Positions 8,032 to 16,196 are shown, numbered from the stretch's first letter. The stretch: 23,178 nt of DNA from Candidatus Fraserbacteria bacterium (GCA_037442925.1 JBBIPG010000035.1:1-23178); one strand, 5' to 3'. Translations and numbers: made by a program. Notes: generated by a model not told the origin, from the letters alone.

Positions 8032-9291
8032 CTACAACTCTTGTTTTGTGTAGTCGACGAGCGGATCGTAGACGGCCTCTTGCTTGTCCATCCGTTGAGT
8101 GACGTGCAAGGCCCCTTGCGCGAAGCGTTCGAGATAGTGATCGTGAAACGCTTGGTGATCCTGAGCCCGGATGAATTTATCGCCCTGAGGGAACTCGAAG
8201 CCCGCAGCAATTTGTATGCCCTCTAGATATTGGACGATCTTGGGGTGATCGCTCCGGTTTTGCCATTCCGTCTCCTCTACAGCTTCCTTGATGAGATGCA
8301 CAATCTCCCAGCCGTACCAGTAGTGCGATCCCGTCGTGTGCCGCCCGGTGCCTTCTTCTGTGCCTTGAGGCGTGACCCCCACTTGGTTGCGGAATTGAGT
8401 ATCGAATTCCTTGAGGCTTTCCGGCACATCTGTCAGCCGATGTGGGTGATTTGAGACGTACCAGCTACCCTCGATGGCAGGCACGTCTTCGAGCTTGATG
8501 CCATCCACCGTGCAGATGACCCCAAAGACCTTCACTCTCTCTAGCAACCCTAACTCACCCGCCGTGGTCAAGAAGCGAAGCGCGTTGGCCCCTGGGAAGA
8601 CGTGGAAGAGCACTTCGGTGTCTGGGTTCACCTGGCTCAAGAAGGGCACAAAATCCACGGTATCCAATGGGATGAAGATCGTATCTAGTACCTGCGCTCC
8701 TACGCTTTGTAGCAAGGGTGGCCACTCGCTCGCATGGCTGCGACCAAACGCATAATCCGCCACGATGATCGTCCAGCGTCTTCCCAGATTCTCGACGGCC
8801 CAACGATGGGCCACTTGGGCGTGGCTGCGCACGGAGTGGTTCGCTCGGAAGATATAGCGATTGCCGGCTGGGCCCGTGATCTCGGTGGCCTCACCCAACG
8901 GGAAATAGACGGTCTTCAGTTCCTGAGCTACGGGGAGACTTGCCAAACTCACACCCGAGTGTTGCGAGCCGATGATGAAATCGGCGCCCTCTTGAACCAT
9001 CTTGTTGAGTTTGTCTCGTCCCACATCTGAATTCGTTGCTGTATCTTCCACCAAGAGCCTTACTTCGCGTCCTGTGATGCCCCCTTCGTTGTTGAGCTTG
9101 GAAATAGCCGCGCGCACGACCTTATCATGCCAATAACCGTAGTCGGGCAGGCTCCCTGTGAGATCCGCTTGCAAGCCAATGACGATGGGCTCTTGGGCTG
9201 AACGAATCTGCATAGGCCAGAGTGCTGCCAACGTGGCGCTTCCCGCCACCGTCTTAAGAAACGTTCGCCGAGTCATGCTACGAAGAGTCAT
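8032..9291 (-). CDS. Second ABC substrate-binding protein, paralog of 6011-7273, Tat signal
   Basis: TRRTFLK motif. Blocks shared with the first SBP: GNRYIF, WAVENLG.RWTII, FPQG..FIRA.DH.AFH.HY.E, VDYT.Q. Start at ATG 9291 (or 9276) after AAGGAGG. Confidence 0.88.
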   Translation of the reverse strand: MTLRSMTRRTFLKTVAGSATLAALWPMQIRSAQEPIVIGLQADLTGSLPDYGYWHDKVVRAAISKLNNEGGITGREVRLLVEDTATNSDVGRDKLNKMVQEGADFIIGSQHSGVSLASLPVAQELKTVYFPLGEATEITGPAGNRYIFRANHSVRSHAQVAHRWAVENLGRRWTIIVADYAFGRSHASEWPPLLQSVGAQVLDTIFIPLDTVDFVPFLSQVNPDTEVLFHVFPGANALRFLTTAGELGLLERVKVFGVICTVDGIKLEDVPAIEGSWYVSNHPHRLTDVPESLKEFDTQFRNQVGVTPQGTEEGTGRHTTGSHYWYGWEIVHLIKEAVEETEWQNRSDHPKIVQYLEGIQIAAGFEFPQGDKFIRAQDHQAFHDHYLERFAQGALHVTQRMDKQEAVYDPLVDYTKQEL

Positions 9292-9389
9292 GGGAAGACC
9301 TTCCTCCTTCTGATGCTCTGAGTATACAGCAATAGACTGTAGTAACACAAGTTGCAATCCCGACCGGGGGAAGCTTAAATGAACGTGCC

Positions 9390-10475
9390 ATGCTGCCAAC
9401 GCAAATCCGCAATAGACTTGATGAGTTACTGAAAGAATACCATGAACTCGAGGGAGAGCTGGCTCGGCCGGAGCTGGTCAACAGCCCTCGTTACATAGAA
9501 CTCTCCCAGCGCTATGCCCGATTGAAGAAGGTCGTAGCGGAGTATCAACAGTTTCAGGAGCTAGAGCGAGAGATCGCCGAAACAGAAGCTTGGCTCCAAG
9601 AGGATCACAGCCAAGAGCTTGTGGATCTCATCCAAGAAGAACTGGCAGAGAATAAGAAGAAAGTCGAAGCATTGCTTCAAGAACTCAAACGCTCGCTTCT
9701 GCCTGAAGATCCTCAAGATGACAAGAACGCCATCATAGAGATTCGAGCCGGAACTGGGGGTGAGGAATCCGCGCTCTTCTCGGCAGATCTCTTCCGCATG
9801 TATCGCAAATATGCCGAACAGAAGGGATTCCGTTTTGAGATTCTTGACGCGCACCCGACGCCTCTGGGAGGCTTCAAACAAGTTGTCTTTTCGGTTCTAG
9901 GCAGGGGAGCCTACGGCCTATTCAAGTTCGAGAGTGGTGTGCATCGAGTTCAGCGTGTGCCGGAGACTGAGGCCTCCGGGAGAATCCACACTTCTACGGC
10001 GACCGTCGCTGTGCTAGCGGAGGCGGAAGCCGTAGAAGTTGACGTAAAAGAGAGCGATCTTGAGATCGAGGCGTTTCGTGCGAGCGGCCCCGGCGGCCAG
10101 AACGTCAACAAAGTGAACTCCGCCGTGCGCATTAGACACAAACCTACGGGAATCGTCGTCGCCTGTCAGGAGGAGCGCTCCCAGCACAAGAACAAAGAAC
10201 GCGCACTACGACTGCTGCGGGCCAAGCTCAAAGAACAAGTGGAATCCAAGGCGGAGCAGGAGCGTGTCCACGAGCGAAGAATTCAGATTGGGAGCGCGGC
10301 ACGTTCTGAAAAGGTCCGGACGTACAACTTTCCGCAGAACCGCGTCACGGATCACCGCATGGAGCTGACACTGCATCGCTTAGAAGAGATTCTGGAAGGA
10401 AACCTTGATCTGCTGATTGAGCCACTCTCGCAGACGTATCAGCAAGAACGCCTGGCCGAGTTGGTCAGGTCCTAA
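9390..10475 (+). CDS. prfA: Peptide chain release factor 1
   Basis: [24 protein letters not shown] (PxT, RF1-specific), [23 protein letters not shown]. Confidence 0.97.
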   Translation: MLPTQIRNRLDELLKEYHELEGELARPELVNSPRYIELSQRYARLKKVVAEYQQFQELEREIAETEAWLQEDHSQELVDLIQEELAENKKKVEALLQELKRSLLPEDPQDDKNAIIEIRAGTGGEESALFSADLFRMYRKYAEQKGFRFEILDAHPTPLGGFKQVVFSVLGRGAYGLFKFESGVHRVQRVPETEASGRIHTSTATVAVLAEAEAVEVDVKESDLEIEAFRASGPGGQNVNKVNSAVRIRHKPTGIVVACQEERSQHKNKERALRLLRAKLKEQVESKAEQERVHERRIQIGSAARSEKVRTYNFPQNRVTDHRMELTLHRLEEILEGNLDLLIEPLSQTYQQERLAELVRS

Positions 10476-10509
10476 ACGACGAGATAGAGCAAGAACCCAG
10501 GAGAACCGC

Positions 10510-11781
10510 TTGCACCTACGAAGAGATCCCATTTCTACAGAGAGTTCACCGAGAGACATTCGAGCGCCTCAGACGTTTCGTGCGCTTAGGCACCGCAATT
10601 TTCGCCTCTTCTGGTGGGGCCAGCTCGTCTCAGTATCGGGAAGTTGGATGCAGATTGCCGCCCAGGGCTGGCTGGTCTATCGCCTGACGGATTCCGCGCT
10701 CTATCTGGGGTTGGTGGGGTTCGCGCGCTATTCTCCGGTCTTGTTGTTTAGTCTGTTTGGCGGAGTGTTTGCGGATCGCTTCCCGAAACGACACCTGGTG
10801 ATTTTCACGCAGACCGTTGCGATGATCCAGGCGCTGTTGTTGGCCATCCTGACCTTCACCGGCATGGTGCAGATCTGGCACATCATTGTGTTGTCTGCGC
10901 TTTTGGGATTGGTCAACGCGTTTGATACGCCCGCCCGACAATCGTTCATCGTGGAAATGGTGGGTAAAGAAGACTTGATGAACGCCATTGCGCTCAACTC
11001 CTCCGTCTTCAACGCCTCGCGCATTGTGGGACCTATGGCGGCGGGGGTGCTGGTGCCGACCGTGGGAGAAGCCGGTTGTTTCTTTCTGAACAGCTTAAGC
11101 TTCTTGGCGGTGTTGATGAGTCTCCTGCGCATGGATGCTGGCGGCCTCTCCCCGGCGCCTTTTGAGGCCGCGAACGGCTCCGTCTGGCAAAAGCTTCGGG
11201 AAGGTTTGAACTATGCTCGCCGTGATACGGTCATTCTCGCACTGCTTGTCTTGGTCTCCATTTCTAGCGTTTTTGCTCTTCCATACTCGACGCTGATGCC
11301 TGCGTTTGCTCGGGACGTGTTGGGCTTGGGGCCGACGGGCTATGGAGCATTGCTGGCAGCTGTGGGCGTGGGAGCCTTAAGTGGCGCGCTCTTTCTGGCC
11401 TCTTGGGGGAGCCATTTCCCCAAGGGAAGGCTTTTCACCGTGGGAAATCTCTTGTTCCCGCTGAGCTTAGTCGCTTTCTCGGTCTCTCGTTCCTTCGTGC
11501 TGTCGGAGTTGCTGCTCGTGCTAGTGGGATTTGGGTTCATCTTGCAAAACGCGATGGCCAACACTCTCTTGCAGACGACGGCCAAAGAGGGTTTCCGCGG
11601 GCGTGTGATGAGCATGCATACGATTGCCTTCATTGGTCTCTCTCCTGTGGGCGATCTACAAGCGGGAACGATTGCCCATTTTTTGAACGTCCCTCTCGTT
11701 GTGGGGTTAGGAGCCGCGGTGTGTCTGGGGGGAGCGCTCTGGGCTCATGGGAAGCGGCCGGAGTTGAGGCGGCTGGCATGA
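10510..11781 (+). CDS. MFS transporter (MFS_3/DUF894-like exporter)
   Basis: FRALRHRNFRLFW.GQLVS..GSWMQ, GGVFADRFPKR, AIALNSSVFN, FRGRVMS. Probable TTG start at 10510 after AGGAG; the start is uncertain. Confidence 0.85.
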   Translation: MHLRRDPISTESSPRDIRAPQTFRALRHRNFRLFWWGQLVSVSGSWMQIAAQGWLVYRLTDSALYLGLVGFARYSPVLLFSLFGGVFADRFPKRHLVIFTQTVAMIQALLLAILTFTGMVQIWHIIVLSALLGLVNAFDTPARQSFIVEMVGKEDLMNAIALNSSVFNASRIVGPMAAGVLVPTVGEAGCFFLNSLSFLAVLMSLLRMDAGGLSPAPFEAANGSVWQKLREGLNYARRDTVILALLVLVSISSVFALPYSTLMPAFARDVLGLGPTGYGALLAAVGVGALSGALFLASWGSHFPKGRLFTVGNLLFPLSLVAFSVSRSFVLSELLLVLVGFGFILQNAMANTLLQTTAKEGFRGRVMSMHTIAFIGLSPVGDLQAGTIAHFLNVPLVVGLGAAVCLGGALWAHGKRPELRRLA

Positions 11782-11795
11782 GCCTGGCCAATCAA

Positions 11796-12578
11796 TCAAA
11801 TCGACTCTATCACCAAATCCTGCGCCGTCTGAATCTCCTGATCTAGCGAAGCAATGGCAACCAGGCGTTCTCTAGACCCGTACGCCGAAGACGTAAAGAT
11901 CGTAAGACAGCGATCATCAAACATGAATCGCGGTGCGTGAGGCTGATGAGAGCGTACGAGCACCTTCTTTCCAAAGCGCTCCATCTGACGCTCGAAGTGA
12001 TCTTGACCGAACTGCGGTCGGCCACCGTAGTTCCCCAGAGAGTGACCGGGAGCATCCTGCCAGTCACCCCACGTAAGCTGTCTCCATTCTTCGCTGCCGA
12101 AGGCAATGGAGTTGATGTCTTTCAATCTCTCCACGGCCGGCAGCGCCCCGTGTAGAGCTAACAGTCCGTTTGGCGTGGCCGTGGCCCAAGGGAGTCTGGC
12201 AAGCGTCTCTGCGTAGAGCGCTTGTTGCTCCGGGTTCAAATTCTCCCAAAAATCAGCAGGATAGAAAGAGGCTTCTTTCCAAGCTTCGTGATTGCCCTGT
12301 AGTAAGTAGATGTGCCTTGGCTGCTCGACTTTAAGAGTCAAAAGATATTCGAGGTTCTCACGAGAGTGAGGCCCGCGATCCACGTAATCTCCCAGAAAGA
12401 CGAGCGCGATCTCCGGCTGAAAGTATCGCGCGATGATGAGTTGAGTTGCCTCAAGATCTCCGTGAGTGTCTCCAATGAAGATAGCTCGATCAAACCCGCT
12501 CAGTTCAATCAAGCGAGGCTCTTGTGCAAAAAGCTCGCCCGCTTGTTGTAGTAACGATCGCTCATTCATCTTCGGCAT
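11796..12578 (-). CDS. PPP-family (calcineurin-like) Ser/Thr protein phosphatase / metallophosphoesterase
   Basis: GDTHG, GDYVDRG, GNHE, LHG, RSHQ, LTIFTSSAY. Confidence 0.88.
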   Translation of the reverse strand: MPKMNERSLLQQAGELFAQEPRLIELSGFDRAIFIGDTHGDLEATQLIIARYFQPEIALVFLGDYVDRGPHSRENLEYLLTLKVEQPRHIYLLQGNHEAWKEASFYPADFWENLNPEQQALYAETLARLPWATATPNGLLALHGALPAVERLKDINSIAFGSEEWRQLTWGDWQDAPGHSLGNYGGRPQFGQDHFERQMERFGKKVLVRSHQPHAPRFMFDDRCLTIFTSSAYGSRERLVAIASLDQEIQTAQDLVIESI

Positions 12579-12599
12579 CTTACACCGAGGAGCACTGGC

Positions 12600-13751
12600 T
12601 CAGCCAGAGGGTTTCGCATGTGCTCTCCTTTCCAGGGTTTGCAGTCTCAGCAGGATGGGAAGGCTGAGCAACATGAGCAGGCTTGCGATCAGGATCATGC
12701 CTTGAATTCCAAAAGCATCCGAAAGGGTTCCGCCGAGCAAGGGACCTACAGAAGCAGCGGAGGTAAACGCAGACTGCAAGTACCCAAAGGCCTTGCCTCG
12801 GCTGCCCTGGGGAACCTCCTCGATCATATAGAGGTTGATGCCGATGAACATCGCTGACCAGGAGGCCGCGATCATCACTTGTCCTATGATGATCTGCCAG
12901 ATGCTGGGAGCCAAAGCGTACACAAGGAAAGTCAAAACGCTTCCCCCGACTCCCAAGAGCACCATCTGCAACTTGTCCCAGCGCTCGGCGTTTCTTCCCA
13001 ATGCCAACATGAACAGGGGTTGAAGGAGCATGTTGATGCCGTTGACAGCGCCCACCAGTGACAAGCTAGGGACGAAGGTTTTGAGATAAAGGGGGAAGAT
13101 GGACCAGAGAGCGACGGCCGCGCTATGCCGCACGAAGATCATCCCATAGAGATAGAAGAGCTTGCCGGGAACGCGAATGCTTTCGTGAGTTCTCTTAACA
13201 GGAATCGAGGATGGCTTCTCTGGCAGTCCCCAATAGATGAACCCCGCACTGATCAAGGGGAGGAGGGAGACAATCGCGAAACCCCAACGGATGCCAATCG
13301 TATCGGCCAAGATCCCTGAGAGTAGGCTTCCCAAGCCCCATCCCACCGCGTTGGCTGCGCTGAAGGCCCCGAAGCGCCGAGCGGCCTGTTCACCGAAGTG
13401 CTCTGAGAAAAGTGCCGTGAGCATAGGGTTTGTGGCGAAACCGATCCCCTGCAAGAATCGAACGACGATCAATCCCTCCAACGTGTGAACGTACATGTAG
13501 AGAAAGCTGCTCACGAAAAAGAGCAAGTTCCCGAAGATGAGGAAGAATCTTCTGTGGCCGTAGCGATCGGAGAGGTGGCCCCAAAGCGGGCTGAACAAGA
13601 TGATGGCAATCGAGAAGACAGCCAAGGTGATGCCGATCTCTGTCAGGTTCATTCCCAGCTCATCGGCGAAGAGGGGGATCAGCAAGATGAACGAAAAGAA
13701 GCTAAAACCGGTGAGCAGGGTCACAAGATTAAAGCAGAGCACGGAGTTCAT
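12600..13751 (-). CDS. MFS transporter (DHA-like)
   Basis: About 12 hydrophobic segments; motif A GHLSDRYGHRR; RFLQGIG; GPLLGG. Confidence 0.9.
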   Translation of the reverse strand: MNSVLCFNLVTLLTGFSFFSFILLIPLFADELGMNLTEIGITLAVFSIAIILFSPLWGHLSDRYGHRRFFLIFGNLLFFVSSFLYMYVHTLEGLIVVRFLQGIGFATNPMLTALFSEHFGEQAARRFGAFSAANAVGWGLGSLLSGILADTIGIRWGFAIVSLLPLISAGFIYWGLPEKPSSIPVKRTHESIRVPGKLFYLYGMIFVRHSAAVALWSIFPLYLKTFVPSLSLVGAVNGINMLLQPLFMLALGRNAERWDKLQMVLLGVGGSVLTFLVYALAPSIWQIIIGQVMIAASWSAMFIGINLYMIEEVPQGSRGKAFGYLQSAFTSAASVGPLLGGTLSDAFGIQGMILIASLLMLLSLPILLRLQTLERRAHAKPSG

Positions 13752-13770
13752 AGTGGATGTGTCGCGTGGC

Positions 13771-13847
13771 TGGTACGCCCGGGAGGACTTGAACCTCCGA
13801 CCTGCGGTTTAGGAAACCGCTGCTCTATCCCGCTGAGCTACGGGCGC
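13771..13847 (-). tRNA. tRNA-Arg (anticodon CCU), CCA encoded
   Basis: GCGCCCG TA GCTC-AGCGGGATA-GAGC A GCGGT-TTCCTAA-ACCGC AGGTC GGAGG-TTCAAGT-CCTCC CGGGCGT ACCA. Confidence 0.97.
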
Positions 13848-13859
13848 TTGGGTCAGCTC

Positions 13860-13888
13860 ATGTTACCTCCGTAAAAGGGCCACGTCAA
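13860..13888 (-). promoter_or_regulatory. sigma70-type promoter for tRNA-Arg
   Basis: TTGACG (13888-13883), 17 nt, TAACAT (13865-13860). Confidence 0.7.
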
Positions 13889-13916
13889 GCGCGTAATCTC
13901 AGATCCGCAAAATCTC

Positions 13917-14063
13917 GGTAGTCCCCCATTTCAGTGCAGCTCTCAGATCGTCCGGACGTGATCCGTCAGCACGCTGCCATCGCGGGCGTCCTGAGCCACC
14001 CCGGTGCCGCAGACCCGCCGGCACTTCACCTCTCCTTTAACTGCACCTGTCTGGGGGACTACC
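13917..14063 (-). mobile_element. 147-bp non-autonomous IS remnant (IS1-family-like MITE)
   Basis: 23-bp imperfect TIRs GGTAGTCCCCCA-N5-GTGCAG at both ends. The minus strand encodes a degenerate transposase C-terminal motif RTPAMAA-(frameshift)-LTDHVRTI*EL. Confidence 0.75.
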
Positions 14064-14205
14064 TTAATCTTCTGGGATCTGATGATGAGGAGGTACTAGC
14101 GGTGCGCTTCCAGAGCGGCGAGGAGCTGAGTCCCACTCCTCGTCAATGCAAAATTACGCTCGTTAAAGTGTCGGTATCTTGTTTGATGCGAGTAGCCATC
14201 AGCAC

Positions 14206-14544
14206 TTACTGGTGCGCTAACTCGAATTCCCGAGGAAAGCGCTCTAAAACTAGGAGGGGTGGCGTCCTCGGAATAGGCTTATAAGTCACATGCAATGTGG
14301 CTACATATACGGGTTGACCCGCATCTCGTTGCCTCTCAGCAAGATCCTTGAGCCAAGTATTGAACGCCTCTACCTCAGAGGTGACTTTGGCAGTCACCGG
14401 CCCTTCCATCTTAAGCTGAAAGAGCACATATGCGTTCGAGGGCATATCGGAAGCGAAATCTGGGTCTTCAAGGATGCGACGATCAAAATCTGAGCTAATG
14501 ACGCTTAATAACTGCTCAAACCTCTTAAGTGTCGCTTTGTTCAT
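14206..14544 (-). CDS. DUF5647-like protein, putative antitoxin
   Basis: SSDFDRRILEDPDFASDMPSNAYV...FNTW...QPVYV resembles my recollection of DUF5647 (EFDRY.LEHP.F...IP.NA). ATGA overlap with the upstream gene; alternative start at 14556. Confidence 0.6.
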   Translation of the reverse strand: MNKATLKRFEQLLSVISSDFDRRILEDPDFASDMPSNAYVLFQLKMEGPVTAKVTSEVEAFNTWLKDLAERQRDAGQPVYVATLHVTYKPIPRTPPLLVLERFPREFELAHQ

Positions 14545-14882
14545 GGTATAGGCCACTTGCCTTTCAGAAAACGCTCCTGATAGGTCTTCCAGTTTGCCTC
14601 TATATCGCGCTCGGCTTCTGCTACAGCATCTTTGTATCCGGTCAGGAAGTCGAACTTGACATTGAGAAACTGCTTCTCTTGCTCGCCGGTGATCTTCAGC
14701 TGATCGCGATGCGGTCCTCCGTGCTGGGTATCATAACGCACAGCAGGTTGCCACCTATTGGGTTCGGTCTCGACTTCCAGCTGCACAAGATAGTCCATGA
14801 TCCTCTTGCCCTCTCGGGCGATCCAAAGTCGCCGCCGAGCTCCTTCACCCAGCGGCTTTACATATTCCCGTTCACGTATCAC
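14541..14882 (-). CDS. Small RYD-x2-H-x3-H protein (DUF7718/DUF6516 TumE-like), putative toxin
   Basis: VQLEV...W..AVRYDTQHGGPHRD...A..DI..NW..Y..RF. Upstream promoter TTGGCA, 18 nt, (TGn)TAAACT ends 9 nt before the GTG. Confidence 0.65.
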   Translation of the reverse strand: MIREREYVKPLGEGARRRLWIAREGKRIMDYLVQLEVETEPNRWQPAVRYDTQHGGPHRDQLKITGEQEKQFLNVKFDFLTGYKDAVAEAERDIEANWKTYQERFLKGKWPIP

Positions 14883-15015
14883 CAGAAGGGCAGTTTACCA
14901 CAAGGCTAAGGGAGCTGCCAAAACCATGTGACCGCCCCAGACCCCACTCACTTGACAGCTCCATGGCCTCTTGTGCTATGGTTATTCCCCTGAACGGTCA
15001 AAGGGAGCTTGTCTT

Positions 15016-15282
15016 TTACTCTTCGGATTCATCTTCTTCTCGAGGCTCCGCTTCAAAGCCGGGCTCAAAACTCATAAGAGGATATCCATCATGATCCTTC
15101 TCATGCACAGCCTTCCACAGCCTGACACCTTGAGGATCTAGAATGACTCTCTTCAGCGACAGTGCTCCGTCGTCGTATTCCCAAATGATAAGGTCATCCG
15201 ACGTGATCCGGTTCGGTTCCACTTCGACGGCTTCATCCTCCACTCTTGTGCCGTCGGGTGCGACAAAGACTTTTCTAGGCAT
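15016..15282 (-). CDS. Hypothetical acidic protein (88 aa)
   Basis: SD GAAGGAG before ATG 15282; own promoter TTGCAA (15341-15336), 17 nt, TAGAAT (15318-15313); no recognisable motif. Confidence 0.7.
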   Translation of the reverse strand: MPRKVFVAPDGTRVEDEAVEVEPNRITSDDLIIWEYDDGALSLKRVILDPQGVRLWKAVHEKDHDGYPLMSFEPGFEAEPREEDESEE

Positions 15283-15349
15283 CTGGACTCCTTCCCGTGG
15301 CAAGATGCGCTCATTCTAAGTGGTAAGCCGTTGAATTGCAAAAGAAGTC

Positions 15350-16030
15350 TTACGAAGTCAAGCGTTCGTACAGCTGTCTGGCCGCATCTTGCTCTGCTGC
15401 TTTCACCCGGCGTCCCCATCCAACGGCCGCTTGCCCTGCCAGTTCCACCTGCACGGTGAACTCCTTCTGGTGATCCGCCCCTCGCGCTTCGATGAGAGTA
15501 TAGATGGGACGTAGACCCCGCCTTTGGGCTTCTTCTTGGAGCAGCGTCTTGTAGTCAAAGCGGTGCTCGCCCTGATACGCTTTCTCAATCTCGCCCCGCA
15601 GCTGCCGTAGGACGAACTGAGTAGCTGCCTCGTAACCCTGCTGGAGGAAGATCACTCCGACCAGGGCCTCGAAGGCATCGCTCAGGATGGAACCGCGCTC
15701 CCGTCCCCCTCCTTCCGCCTCGCCTCTCCCTAAGAAGAGATACTTCTGTAAGCCCAATGCCTGAGCGTGCTTGGCCAGGGTCGGCCCGCTCACCACGACG
15801 GATTTGATCTTGGTGAGTTTGCCTTCGCTCAGGGAGTAATGACGGAAAAGGTATTCACTGATGGCGAGGTCGAGGACAGCATCGCCCAGAAACTCCAGCC
15901 GCTCGTTGGACTCCTGCCCTGCCGGGTTCTCATTGACGTAGGAGCTGTGCAGAAACGCCCGCTGGAGCTCTGTCTCCGGGATTTCCAGCTGGAGCTTATC
16001 TTTAAGCTCGGTGAGATCTTCTACCGTCAT
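15350..16030 (-). CDS. rnc: Ribonuclease III
   Basis: Signature NERLEFLGDAVL, SDAFEALVG, C-terminal dsRBD (DYKTLLQE...AAEQDAA). Start at ATG 16030, because the longer ORF runs through a tRNA. Confidence 0.96.
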   Translation of the reverse strand: MTVEDLTELKDKLQLEIPETELQRAFLHSSYVNENPAGQESNERLEFLGDAVLDLAISEYLFRHYSLSEGKLTKIKSVVVSGPTLAKHAQALGLQKYLFLGRGEAEGGGRERGSILSDAFEALVGVIFLQQGYEAATQFVLRQLRGEIEKAYQGEHRFDYKTLLQEEAQRRGLRPIYTLIEARGADHQKEFTVQVELAGQAAVGWGRRVKAAEQDAARQLYERLTS

Positions 16031-16041
16031 GGCTTCGCGGG

Positions 16042-16112
16042 CTGGGGCGGGAGGATTCGAACCTCCATTCTCGGCTCCAAAGGCCGGTGTGCTACCATTG
16101 CACCACACCCCA
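16042..16112 (-). tRNA. tRNA-Gln (anticodon UUG), no encoded CCA
   Basis: TGGGGTG TG GTGC-AATGGTA-GCAC A CCGGC-CTTTGGA-GCCGA GAAT GGAGG-TTCGAAT-CCTCC CGCCCCA G; U1-A72 is typical of tRNA-Gln. Confidence 0.95.
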
Positions 16113-16133
16113 AAAGCTCTAGATTCCAGCCTT

Positions 16134-16162
16134 ATCTTAACAGAGGAGCTATTGGCCTTCAA
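16134..16162 (-). promoter_or_regulatory. sigma70-type promoter for tRNA-Gln/rnc
   Basis: TTGAAG (16162-16157), 17 nt, extended -10 TGtTAAGAT (-10 at 16139-16134). Confidence 0.72.
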
Positions 16163-16196
16163 GCTCACTCTCCCTGAGTTCTCGGGGAAAGACTTG

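Noticed and set aside
9360..9367. CCGACCGG, a partial match to the TetR operator upstream of SBP2
   Set aside because: Only part of the site matches and the sequence is GC-rich, so chance is plausible.
13934..14284. 116-aa plus-strand ORF
   Set aside because: Runs across the IS remnant and antisense into the DUF5647-like gene, with no SD or motif.
14755..15230. Shared peptide EPNR in the putative toxin and the acidic orphan
   Set aside because: Only 4-6 residues match, with no extended similarity.
13850..15349. Classical tRNA-integrated genomic island
   Set aside because: The patch lies on the 5' side of tRNA-Arg, and no integrase or duplicated tRNA 3' fragment was seen.
16031..16168. 46-aa N-terminal extension of RNase III in the ORF track
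   Set aside because: It is read-through of the tRNA-Gln gene and its promoter.
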